Below, in pieces: positions 14,174 to 24,942 of a stretch of DNA of 64,000 nucleotides. The notes below the pieces were generated by a model that did no database searches, was not told the origin of the DNA, and worked only from the letters and a program-made list of their open reading frames with translations. The stretch is from Azolla caroliniana (taxonomy: Eukaryota; Plantae; Polypodiophyta), in the NCBI GenBank assembly GCA_043228905.1, contig JBHGNT010000017.1, positions 17,546,001-17,610,000 of the forward strand, in the 5' to 3' direction. Made by a program: the position numbers and the translations under genes. How positions within the stretch are numbered: the stretch's first letter is position 1; each line of letters begins with the position of its first letter.

Positions 14174-14743
14174 CTAGTCCTCCGTAAGCCCATTCGCTCC
14201 GTCATCGTCTTCGAGCTCAATCCCGATGGCCTCCCGTTCCGCTCGGTCAATCGACCTGACGAACAATAGGACTTTGTCCGCCCCCACCAAACCTTGTTCC
14301 CGTTCCGGGAGCCGAACAAGCCATCGCTCGAACTCTCGGAACGCCTTCGTTGCGCCCTGGTGGGTCTTTGCCGATGCCACCCACTGGTCGAAGTCGTGCC
14401 GTCCCTGGCTCTTCCGCCGTCCTCCATATGCCTGCAGGAGCGCCTCTTCAAAGCCCTCCCACGAAGTATGAGCTTGTCGGAGCTCCTTCACTTCCACGTG
14501 CGTACGGACGACGACAACCCGACAGAAGAACTCCAGCCTCAACGCTTCATCCACGTCTCGCTCCTCCATTTCCGCGTTGTAGGCTTCCATGTAAGATGGG
14601 ACTTCGTCCCCGTTGAAACGGCCGACTCTTTTGACCACTCGCTCAACCGCTTGTTGCGCTGCTTCTCGCCTCATCACCACTCGTGCCGACTCCAACACCA
14701 CTTCGGCCACCATCACCGCGAGGTCATCGTCTTCCGACTCCAT
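14174..14743 (-). pseudogene. G2 gag (capsid-like) ORF; the stop at 14174 is probably a mutated Trp codon and the frame continues to 13289
   Basis: ATG lies just 3' of the PBS. Sequence includes VGRFNGDEVPSYMEAYNAEM..SWEGFEEALLQAY and is homologous to the remnant at 30780-31370. Confidence 0.78.
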
Positions 14744-14760
14744 CCTCCCTTGCCACCTTT

Positions 14761-14776
14761 CACGTTGGGTTCACCA
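14761..14776 (-). promoter_or_regulatory. Primer binding site complementary to the tRNA-Trp 3' end
   Basis: TGGTGAACCCAACGTG, 4 nt inside the 5' LTR. The plant tRNA-Trp end (recalled) is CACGTCGGGTTCACCA, a 15/16 match. Confidence 0.8.
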
Positions 14777-17585
14777 AATATGTCGCATTGTTACGCGCGT
14801 GCATGTAGAAAGGCGGGACCACGGGGGTCCTAGACTAGTGAGTGACGGAGCGCAGGAAGTCGTGCTTTTCCCTTTCCGGGGCACTCCAGGAGCACACTGG
14901 AAGCAACTGAACGAGAGAGAGAGAGAGAGGGAGGGAGACAGAGAGGGAGCGCGCGCTTGACACCGACTCACGCACACACACACACACACACACACACGCC
15001 GACCCGACTCACGCCCTTATGTGCAGGAACGCAGAAAAGGGGAAGCACACAACACCAACAGAGACACGAATATACACAGACAGACGCAAATGTATGTATT
15101 ACAAGGGTAAGAATACAACCCCGGCTTCGAGCCGGACCAAGCTAGGGTAGGTTACAACAGCAATTTGCAACCAAGCCGTCGTCCGAGGAGCTCTTGGGCT
15201 CGTCACGCAGAGCGGGGTCTTGCACAAGAGACCGACTCACGCACACACACACACGCCGACCCGACTCACGCCCTTATGTGCAGGAACGCAGAAAAGGGGA
15301 AGCACCCGACACCAACAGAGACACGAATATACACAGACAGACGCAAATGTATGTATTACAAGGATAAGAATACAACCCCGGCTTCGAGCCGGACCAAGCT
15401 AGGGTAGGTTACAACAGCAGTCTGCAACCAAGCCGCCATCCGAGGAGCTCTGGGGCTCGTCACGCAGAGCGGGGTCTTGCACAGGAGACCGAGCAGAAAC
15501 AGCCCTCCACAGTCCACCCACACCGTGAAGAAGAGGAAGAAGAAGTAGAAGAACTAACCCTAAATCTAACGGTATACCCTCTAACACAAAATGGGCAACC
15601 CTTTTACAAGGGACCATCCCTTCCTTTTATAGAACAAGGAGAGGGATGCGTTACAATGTGGGATAAATCTTGATTTACATGGGATTCTTCGCCCTGACTT
15701 AACTCCTATTATTCACACAATTACACGAGGGTGAGTGCACATGGTGCACCCCGCCAATGTAGCCAATATTTCCCGGTTTCCGCCTCTGGACGAAATTCTT
15801 CACGACATCGTACGCGGGAGAGACAGAGAGAGCAGAACACATAGAAAAACTCTATTCCAGAACAATACTCTAAAACTTTGTACATAGGATTTGCTTAGAG
15901 AGCACTTTTATACGAGTCCATACGGACTGAAAGAAGTACTGACTCGTACTTCAATGCTTATCAATGAACCCCTACACTTCCAAAATATAATCCTCCGCGT
16001 AATATCTATCCAACGGCCTCCCGGTTTACGCACCGCTATGGCCTCTCATTGCGCACCCGGTTTACGCACCCAGTCTACGCACTGGTTTACGCACCGGTTT
16101 ATGCACCGGTTTACGCACCCAATGTTGAGCTTGTATCTCAACTAAACAACATCTTAACCTTCAATTTAATTAGATGGCACAATGAAGGATGCTATGTTGG
16201 TGCAACGAAGAAGATCAATTGCATTCCGAACAACAATGTCTATATTTCATATGCGAAGAGGTTGTATCTTTATTTGGGATAAGTTGTAACAATTATTATA
16301 ATTGCATGTCCCATTTCTTGATTTAGATGGCGGATCTTAATAACTTGATTAGGCATTTGTTAGAAATAGGAGATTGCTTATGATATTAACAAATGATGTT
16401 TGTCGCAAGTTGATTGACAAACATAAGTATATGGAAGAAAGGGTTATAAAGGTATGGGATTTTCATAAACACATTACATAATGGTTTCATGTGATCACGA
16501 CAATGAAGACAAGTATGCGAATAGATATGCGGAAACGTGTATGAGGGCCTATTGTATTATGCTTAGCAAACACATAAAGTTAGAAGAAAGAAACAGAAAC
16601 GTAGACTCAGTTTGGAGCTCTTAGTAATGGAAGTCCTTATTTCGCTCTCACTCTGTAACTCTACCCCCAAAGATTCAAGAAGAAGATCATCGTTTCAATG
16701 TAAGGGTCGAGCTTATATACTCAAGCCCTAACTTCAAGACCTGTTCACACTAGGATACAAAGTGGAAGGAGTTGACCTTTTATGCCAACAAACTCCCTCG
16801 TAAAAGGACTACTCTTTCTACATACAATTGTATGGGGTTGTATCCCTTGTTAACCTAGATTACAAATTAATCTACGGTTATGATTACAAGTCAGTCGGCA
16901 TATAGTCGAGTCGACGGAGGTAAAATCGATATCTAGCCTGATTCAACTAGTCATTCGGGCCGGTTTGTCTGAATTCTGGTCCTTGCTTGGCGCTCTTGAG
17001 CTCGGTCGCTTGTCGTAGTCTCATCCTTGTCCTTAGTGCTCCGAAGCATTGTTCTCGGAGTGGCTTCGTTAGGCAATCAGCGATGTTCACTTCGGTGTCA
17101 ATCTTCCAAACTTCGAGCTTCTTTTCTGTCACAAGCTCCTGGATATGATGGAACCGCACATCAATGTGTTTCGTCTTTGTGTGATAGACTAGGCTCCGAA
17201 TGAGGTGTATTGTGCTTTGTGAGTCGAAATAGATGGTCGACGTTGGGTGGTCAATTCAACTTGTCGCAATACCAGAGAAGTCGGCTAACAATCGGTGTAG
17301 CCAAATTGCTTCCTTCGATGCCTCTGATGTTGCTATGTACTTAGCCTCCGTGGTGGATAGGGTTGTGCATTCTTGAAGCTTAGACCTCCATGATATGGCA
17401 CCGCCCCCATAGGTGCATCTTCGATTCCTTTCAAGTACCTGAAGATGTGCTTGACAGCTACCCAATGCTTCCGTCCTAGGTTCAACATGTAGCGGCTGAC
17501 GAGCTCTACAACATATGCAAGGTCGGGTCAGGTTGCCACCATCACATACATGATACTTCCTACCACCGATGCATAGGGTATCTTC

Positions 17586-17903
17586 TGTTGAATGTGGGTC
17601 TCTAATGAACGTATTCACATTGTCTCCCTTTGTACACACTAGGTTTAGGCTATTTATGTAAATAGTTAGAAGGGCAATTGCCCTAAGTTAGTCAGTATAT
17701 AAACAGACTTTGTAACCTAGTTTTCTGGTTGTTGCAAATATAGCTCATCTTGTGCCTAATGTCTCTCTCTCTTGCGCTCTTGTTGATCTACCTTCCTGAT
17801 TCTGTTTCTAGTTGCCATCAATCTTCTTCATTGCATCTATTAACGATCTCCTCATAGAAGAGTGTTGAGATTGTTCCGCACCTAGATGACTACGTTCTCA
17901 ACA
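17586..17903. mobile_element. Solo LTR (318 bp) inside copia D RT
   Basis: TGTTGA...TCAACA termini with a perfect 5-bp TSD TCTTC. Confidence 0.9.
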
Positions 17904-20302
17904 TCTTCCTATTCAGCTCTCTCTCCTTGTCCATTGAAGGAGAGTATTTGTTTGATAGTTGGATATACGTCAAAAGTAGAGTCGGTGTTGGCTTGGCATT
18001 CTCCATGTTGAAGCGTTTCAACACCTTTCAGATGTAGTCGGATTGGGAGAGTTGGAGAGTCTTCGTCATCCGATTTCGCTCTATCCTCATGCCTAGTATG
18101 TGTCGGGCTTGTCCGAGTTCCTTCATTGCGAACTTGTCGTGAAGGCTCCACTTTAGCTTTTTGATATCAGCTTGATTGCTCCCTGCAATGCATCATGTCG
18201 ACATATAGGATCAGATAGATTCTGGACTCATCGGCTAGTTGTCGAGTATAAATGGATGGGTTGGAGTCGGATCGGCGGTAACCAAGATGCTGAATGTGGG
18301 AGTCAAACTTCTGGTACCACATCCTCCACGCTTGTTTTAAGCCATAGAGGCTTTTCTTCAGTCGATAAATGAGGTGAGCTTCCTCCCCCGTTGCCATGAA
18401 GCCTGCCGGTTGAGACATGTAAATGTCTTCGTCCAAGTCTCCATGTAGGAATGTCGTCTTGACTCTTGATATCCAGTTTCTCAAGCTCTAGGTCTTCTAT
18501 TGCCATGACCCCAAGTAGGAGCCCAACTTTGTATTTGGGCTTCTCCGAATCGGATACGTATTTGTATCTGAATACCCATTTGCAGGGCATCGGTTGAATC
18601 CTTCCTGTTGGTAGTTCGACTAACTCCCATGTATTGTTCTGATGGATCAAGTCCAACTTGGATCTCATGGCTTGTAGCCATGTATAGGCGTCCAATACTG
18701 TTATAGCTTCTGTGTATGTGCTTGGTTGACATGCATCAGTGTAGTTGACATAGTCGAGGCCCGGTTGTTCAAACTCTATAGGCCTTCTAACTCGTCCTGA
18801 CCATTGGGTGCTGATTTTGTCGGTTCGATTTCTCCAGTCGACTCGGTCAACCGATTGATATTGCTTGAACCGTCTTCAAGAGTCTTGTTGGATTTCGGCG
18901 ATGTCAGGTCAGCCTCCCTTGCTTTAGGATCGGTTGACTTGGGGATAGGAGACTTAATCGACTCATGTTGGCTTTTCCCTTTCTCCTTTTTGTGTTTGTG
19001 TCGGTCAAATCAGCTCTGTCTTTTTCAACTTGACACTTCTTGGCTTTGCCTTTTCGACTCTTGTCGGTTAAGCTTTGCCTTGGTGGCTAATTTTGTCAAT
19101 CTCTTAGTCGAATCCATCTCAACTAGTGGACCTCTTGCCGATTCAAAGTCGGCAGGCGTATTGTCGGCTTGGTCGAGTTCGATTGTTTGTCGAATCTTTG
19201 ATTTGGCCCGGTGGGACAGTCTTGCTACGACATCTATGTAAACTTCGAAGGATACCTTTTACCAACTATTTTCTACTTGTTCCTCTCAAAGAGAATCGAG
19301 TCTTCATTGAAGACTACGTCGCTACTCCGGATCAGTTTCCAGTTCTTTAGGTCCCATGTCTTGTAATCGAATTCCCCATCGGTTCCATAACCGAGAAATG
19401 TGCACTTTGTAGCATGGGATGCCAACTTGGTCCTTTCTCCCTGGGAATAAATGCTGAGGCTTCGCATCTGAATATACGGAGCCTGTCGTAGGTCGGTTGT
19501 TTGCCTGCCCATAGTGCCTGTGGCATTTCGAGCCTTATTGCTTTCGACAGCGACAAGTTGACCAGATATATTGTTGTTTACAATGCTTTGGCCCAGAATT
19601 CCAGCTTTAGTTTGGCTTGTTGGAGCATTGCCGTCACCCTCCCCTGGATTGTTCGATTGATCCGTTCTGCTACTCCATTCTACATGGATGTGTAAGGAAC
19701 GATCTTTTGATGTTGGATTCCATTGTTGGACAGATATTATTTGAAGGCTCGAGAGGTGTATTCATCTCCATTGTCAGATCGGAGGGCCTTCACTCGGTAT
19801 CTCAACTAGTTCTCCACTTCAACTAACCATCGAGTAAAGACCTCGAGCGCTTCGTCTTTTGACCTAATCGAGTAGGCCCAGACCTTTCGGGTACAGTCAT
19901 CTATGAATGTGGTGAATTATCAGGAGCCTCCTAATGATCGCTCAGGCATAGGCCCACATATGTATGTGTGCACGAGCTCTCAGGACTGTTGTACCGTCTC
20001 GTAGTGGAAAGAGTGCAGACTTCGGGTCTGTTTGCCTTATCGACAATGCTCACAGAAGTCCGTCTTTTTCTAAAGTTTTGAGATGTGGTCGATTGCCATT
20101 AGCCGATTCATTCCGGCTTGCAACATATGGCTGAGTCGGCCATGTCATAATTTCGGCTCGGTCGATTCGACTATGTTCATGGCCCCTTCTAGATTGATCG
20201 CTATAATTGGATACAAGTTGTTGTACTTGTGTCCTCTTTCGATCTCTAGATTCCCTCGGTTGATCGTCCATGCCGACTCACTGAGAGTCGTTTTGTACCC
20301 AT

Positions 20303-21374
20303 TGTTGTGGGGATTTCCAGCTACTGTGAGAAACTGGGGAAAATCGGCAAAATCGGCGATGTGCACCGTGTGCACATTACATTGTAAATGTGTGTACAAA
20401 CAACAAGGAAAGATAAGGGTGCCGATGTAATTAATTGTATGAATAAATCTCATGTACGTGGTGGAAGGAATTCGATGTACCTTCTCCATCACAACTCCGG
20501 AAATCAAGGCGATTATCCCCTCGAAAGGGGGATACTTGACCGATCTTCTAAGGCAACTCCCTCCTTGCGCTATAAAAGGGGGGAGAGCCCTCCTTGTGAG
20601 GTGTTTGCATTTCTTTGTATCCGTTCCAATTTTGCTTATGATCAGTTTCTTTATGGGGTTTGTTTAGTTTCCATCTTGGGTTTCTGTGTTTCGATACTCG
20701 ACGGATTAGCTGTGTTCATTTGCCACGGTTCGGGTTTTGCCCCTTTTGTTGTTTAAGCTAGGTTGTAGGGGTCCTGTCACTGTCTTTATAGGGTTAGGTC
20801 CATCTTGTTTAGGGCTCGGCTCGACTCATTACTCGTATGCGCTGAGGATTTCGGTTCGTGGTGCTGTCTTCCGAGCAAAGACCCCACTTGTGTAGGCACG
20901 CCCGAGTGCTCCATAACTGGCGGCTTGACGGCAAGCAACCATTGTACTTCGGTTCGTCGATTCGTCTTTAGAGCAAGGCTACCACTTGCATAGGCGAGCC
21001 CGAGAGCTCCCCGACTGGAACTTGCTTGTAAACGGTCGTTGTAACCCATACTGTTCAAACCAGACTAATGTCGGCGTTGTAACCTGTTATTTGTATATAT
21101 GACGCAAAAAGGGGTTGTGTATGCGTGTCTCTTTTCCCTTTGTATTCTGTTCGTACTCAGTGTGTGGGACAAGCGAGGTCTCTCTCTCTCTCTCTCTCTC
21201 ACTCACTCTCTCTCGTTCTGCTTACACTAGCGCGTCTCCAGGAAACGATATGGTCGGTGCCTAAGTTGGTGGTGTCGGTCCTGGTTAGCTTGATCTTCTC
21301 TCTTCATCACTCCCTAGTTCAAGGCCCCGGTGGTCCCGCCTAGATCCTATATGCAGTCGCGGATTTCTGTGACA
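20303..21374 (+). mobile_element. Solo LTR of the G1/G2 gypsy lineage inside copia D
   Basis: TGTTGTG...GTGACA termini. The TCACTCCCTAGT..GTGGTCCCGCC block is shared with the G2 LTR. 4-bp TSD CCAT. The host protease region rejoins as ..RVVEDGYKTTL. Confidence 0.87.
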
Positions 21375-23291
21375 CCATCTTCGACTACCCTGTTGATGGA
21401 GATCTGACACCTTTTCAGTGCGGGTACGTGCCGAACGTGGTGCAGGACAATTGTGTTTCCATTCGAAAATCAAATTGGTATTTCACTTACTCCGGCGATT
21501 TTGCATTCTTGCGTGTTGCCTAGTCAAACTCTGCCACTAGCGCCGACCAAATAGTTCAAAAACCATTCGACGTTAGGGGTCATGTGAAATATGGCACTGG
21601 AGTCCAGTAGCCACACGTGTGTGCTTCTTGCACACTTTCGAGGACTTCTCCGATCATTGAGTCCTCTAGAGAGAGGATTTCTCCTGATCGAGAGTCGACA
21701 ACATTGATTTGGTTGCCGACTAGAGAACGGTTCGAGTCGGATCAGATTCTCGAGTTCCGCTTGAATCTTCTACCGTTCTTCTCCCTCTTGACCAACCAAC
21801 AGTTGGAAACATTATGACCGGCTTTTCTGTAGTGAGTGCAGAAATCTCTTGCTCGGCTATTTCTCGACTTCGACCATTGTCGGTCTCCTCTCTTTCTTAG
21901 TCGACTGGTGTTCCGACTAGTTCTGTCCGCTTGTTCTCTCGATCGACTCAGTCGAGTGGTGGGCTTTTTCCGACTTGTCGATGGTGAGTCCCATCGATTT
22001 TCGCCGAATATCCTCAGTGAGGATTTGTCCGATTGTCTCGTCCAAATTAAGATTTGTACAGTTGTTGGCGAATGTCGTGCAGAAAACCTCTCTACTCGCC
22101 GACAAGCTTAATAGGAGGGCAAGGGCTTTCACTTCTTCTTCGAAGTTGACCCCTTGGGAGGAAAGTTCAGACAACACCCGACTGAAGGTGTTGATGTGGA
22201 GGTTCATGGGTCTGACTCTCTCACCTTCATATTGAACAGTTGTCAAATCAATATGAGTTTCGATGAGGAGGATTTTTTCTCGTACACAACCTGTAACTTC
22301 TCCCACAGTGAGAATGTTGGCATTTCTTTTGTTATGGTAAAATAGACGTTTTCAGCCATATGCATACGAGTGGTCGACCTAGCTATTTCATCCAATGAGC
22401 GTCATTCTTTTGTTGTCATCGAGGTAGGCTTGTTGGTGTGCCCTATTGCCTTGATTTGACACCGGATGATAACTACATCCTCCATCATCTCCTTCCATAG
22501 AGAAAAATTTGTGCCGTCAAACTTTCTGATTTCAACCCATGTACCCTAATGTTGAAGCTATGTTCTCTTTTGAAAGTGAGATTTTACTAACCTAGTCTTT
22601 TCTTTCAATTTTTTTGTTTTTGTTTTGTTGCCACTTAACAACAGGTCACTCTAATACTAGTTGAAGACAAGTATGTGAACAAATATGCGGAAATGTGTAT
22701 GAGGACCTGTTGTATTATGCTTAGCAAACAACACAGAAAGAATATGACAGAAGAAAGAAACAAAAACATAGACTCAATTTGGAGCTCTAGTGGAAGTTCT
22801 TATTTCGCCCTCACTCTGTAACTCTACACTCATAGATTCAAGAAGAAGATCGACGTTACAATGTTAGGGTTGAGCTTATATACTCAAGCCCTAACTTCAA
22901 GACGTGTTCACACTAAGATACAAAGTGGAAGAAGTCGGCCTTTTATGCCAACATACAGGTTGGTGTTCTTGATTGATGCTACAAGCTAAAGGTGTTTCAT
23001 TTGGAGAGTTATCATTGGAACTTTACCATTGGGCGATGCATTAAACAAAAGAAATATTGCAAGTGGAATGTGCTTTTGTTTAAATGATGGACCATAGTAA
23101 GCATGGATTTCTTTTATGGCCAATGGCTAGAGTGGTTTGGAGGTTCATTAATTTAGTACATATGTCTTTGATTGGAGTAAGGCTATCTTCATTGAATTGG
23201 TTTTTTGCATATATGGAGAATAAGTTAAAATTACTACTTTTGTGGAAATCGACGATATTAGAGAAGTTATAGAATCTCAATCATGAGGAGA

Positions 23292-23507
23292 GCCACTTGT
23301 GCAAGGTGATATGAAGGGCCACTTGTGCAAGGTGACATGTCATCATATAGAGAGCCACTTGTGCAAGGTGATATGAAGGGCCACTTGTGCAAGGTGATAT
23401 GAAGGGCCACTTGTGCAAGTTGACATGTCATCATATAGGGAGCCACTTGTGCAAGGTGACATGTCATCATATAGAGAGCCACTTGTGCAAGGTGACATGT
23501 CATCATA
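23292..23507. repeat. Minisatellite with 7 cores GCCACTTGTGCAAGGTGA in 26-bp and 36-bp units
   Basis: Core spacing is 26, 36, 26, 26, 36, 36. Confidence 0.92.
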
Positions 23508-23589
23508 TTCATCATCTAAGTTGGTGTGTATGGTGGAATTGAGTTCATAGCAAGATCTAAATATTGTTATAAGTTAGTCATGTGGCATT

Positions 23590-23657
23590 TTCTATTGGGG
23601 AATCGAACCTCGATCAATACCATTGGAAGGTCTATGATACCACTACACTAGCTACAC
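23590..23657 (-). pseudogene. tRNA-Gly-derived pseudogene or SINE head
   Basis: GTGTAGCTAGTGTAGTGGTATCATAG..GGTTCGATTCCC resembles plant tRNA-Gly(CCC) with A and B boxes. The acceptor stem no longer pairs. Confidence 0.65.
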
Positions 23658-24292
23658 TTTTTATTATATTATTGATTGGGTATCTAAAAGATTGATGAGA
23701 AGTTTATATATTGGAGAGCCCAATCTTGGTTGGCCTTTTCATGTAAGATTTAAGGTGGTGCAATCAATTATGATACTCATCACCATGGTTTCTTATTATC
23801 TCCCATCATTGTCACGATCAAGGGAGGCATTGTTAAAGAAGAAGAAACAGAAATTGTAATATTTCTTGGTTGACGTGGACTCATATTGATACTCCTAAAC
23901 AACTTGGTAATATTTAATTTGTATGGACAAGAATGTTGGGGCCATGGCAAAAATTTGATGGATGTCATGCCTATCAAAGGCCAGTTTGCCATAACAAACA
24001 TACACCCAACAAAAATGTTCATCAAGTAACAGATAATAGTTTAAATTTCCATTTTCATGTAAAAGGCCCCTAAAAATTATATATGTCAAATGACATGCTA
24101 TATAATACTATCCTTTATTAAAAGATTTAGATTAGTAAAAAATAGGTGGGTAGCAAGTTATTGATACACATTGCAACCAAGTATAAAGTTTTCTATACTT
24201 TGTTTACTTTATTTCTCATGCCTTACTTTACATTTACCATTGTAAGTCTTTTATATTAGTTTGTAAATATTAATGTTATTATATGTTTTAAC

Positions 24293-24942
24293 CATAGATT
24301 GACACATGCGTGATATTCGTGATATTCTCTATTTGATATTCGCAATATTCGAGAATACGAAATTGCCCCAAGAATATTATAAAACCATTCGTTTTGCATT
24401 ATATAAATATACAAATAATTAATTAATTAAATTTTTTAAATTAAAAAAAACATTTTAAATTAACTAAGAAAACAACAATCATTCATTAGTAGATTATAAA
24501 AATATGATTAGTATTAACTCTCCTTTATAGTGTCAAATAAGAAAGGGGGAGTTTATTTAATTTAATTAATTAATATATTTATTTAAAAAATCCATTCATT
24601 TTGCATTATCTAAGATTTAAATATACAAAAAATTAATTAATTATATTTTTTTTTAAATTAAAAAATTAAAAAAACCTAAAAAAGAACAATCATTCATTAG
24701 TAGATTATAAAACTGTGATTAGTATTAACTCTCCTTTATAGTGTCAAATAAAAAGGGGGGGAGTTTATGAATGTTTATTTAATTTAAATCATTTATTAAA
24801 AATATATATTTTTTATATTTATTATAAAAATATGATTAGTGTGAGTCCCATTTTTTTTTACGAATACTTGACCATGCATTGGTATACGTATTCATTTGCA
24901 TTCTAATAGAAACCCCCACGAATGCAAATATGTCAATCCATG
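24293..24942. mobile_element. hAT-type MITE; outer right end at 28016, displaced by a LINE insertion
   Basis: TIR CATAGATTGAC / GTCAATC(C/T)ATG. 8-bp TSD GTTTTAAC at 24285-24292 and 28017-28024. Internal ~210-bp AT-rich duplication. Confidence 0.8.

Larger units (their letters stand above)
10479..15807 (-). mobile_element. Complete non-autonomous Ty3/gypsy-type LTR element G2 (gag only, no recognisable pol)
   Basis: LTRs at 10479-11237 and 14781-15807; PPT at 11238-11249; PBS at 14761-14776. TSD GCGT/TCGT (4 bp, one mismatch). Confidence 0.9.
8837..16143 (-). mobile_element. Ty1/copia element A, 5' part (5' LTR 10382-~16143 split by gypsy G2; PBS; gag-PR-GAGpre pseudogene 8837-10296)
   Basis: MDRGIASSLPIEKLD gag, VWYVDSRASNHM protease, SDIDLWHKRF. 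PBS-like sequence at 10370-10381. The LTR halves flank G2 and contain 12-bp CCGGTTTACGCA repeats at ~16020-16120. Confidence 0.88.
16504..22953 (-). mobile_element. Ty1/copia element D (Tnt1/Tork-like gag), full length but degenerate
   Basis: LTRs at 16504-16790 and 22662-22953 (TGAAGAC...GCCAACA). Gag EIRKFDGTNFSLWKEMMED, WLLDSSA protease, KTTFLHGDL and LILYVD in RT, NIADCLTKPL in RNase H. Degenerate PBS and no convincing TSD. Confidence 0.9.

Noticed and set aside
11307-14833. Long plus-strand ORFs inside G2 as host or antisense genes
   Set aside because: GC-rich shadow frames with no recognisable domain.
16499-22958. TSD for copia D
   Set aside because: GACAA versus TACAG is only a 3/5 match.
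23292-23507. CRISPR-like repeat-spacer array
   Set aside because: Only two recurring spacers of 8 and 18 bp, a eukaryotic context and no cas genes.
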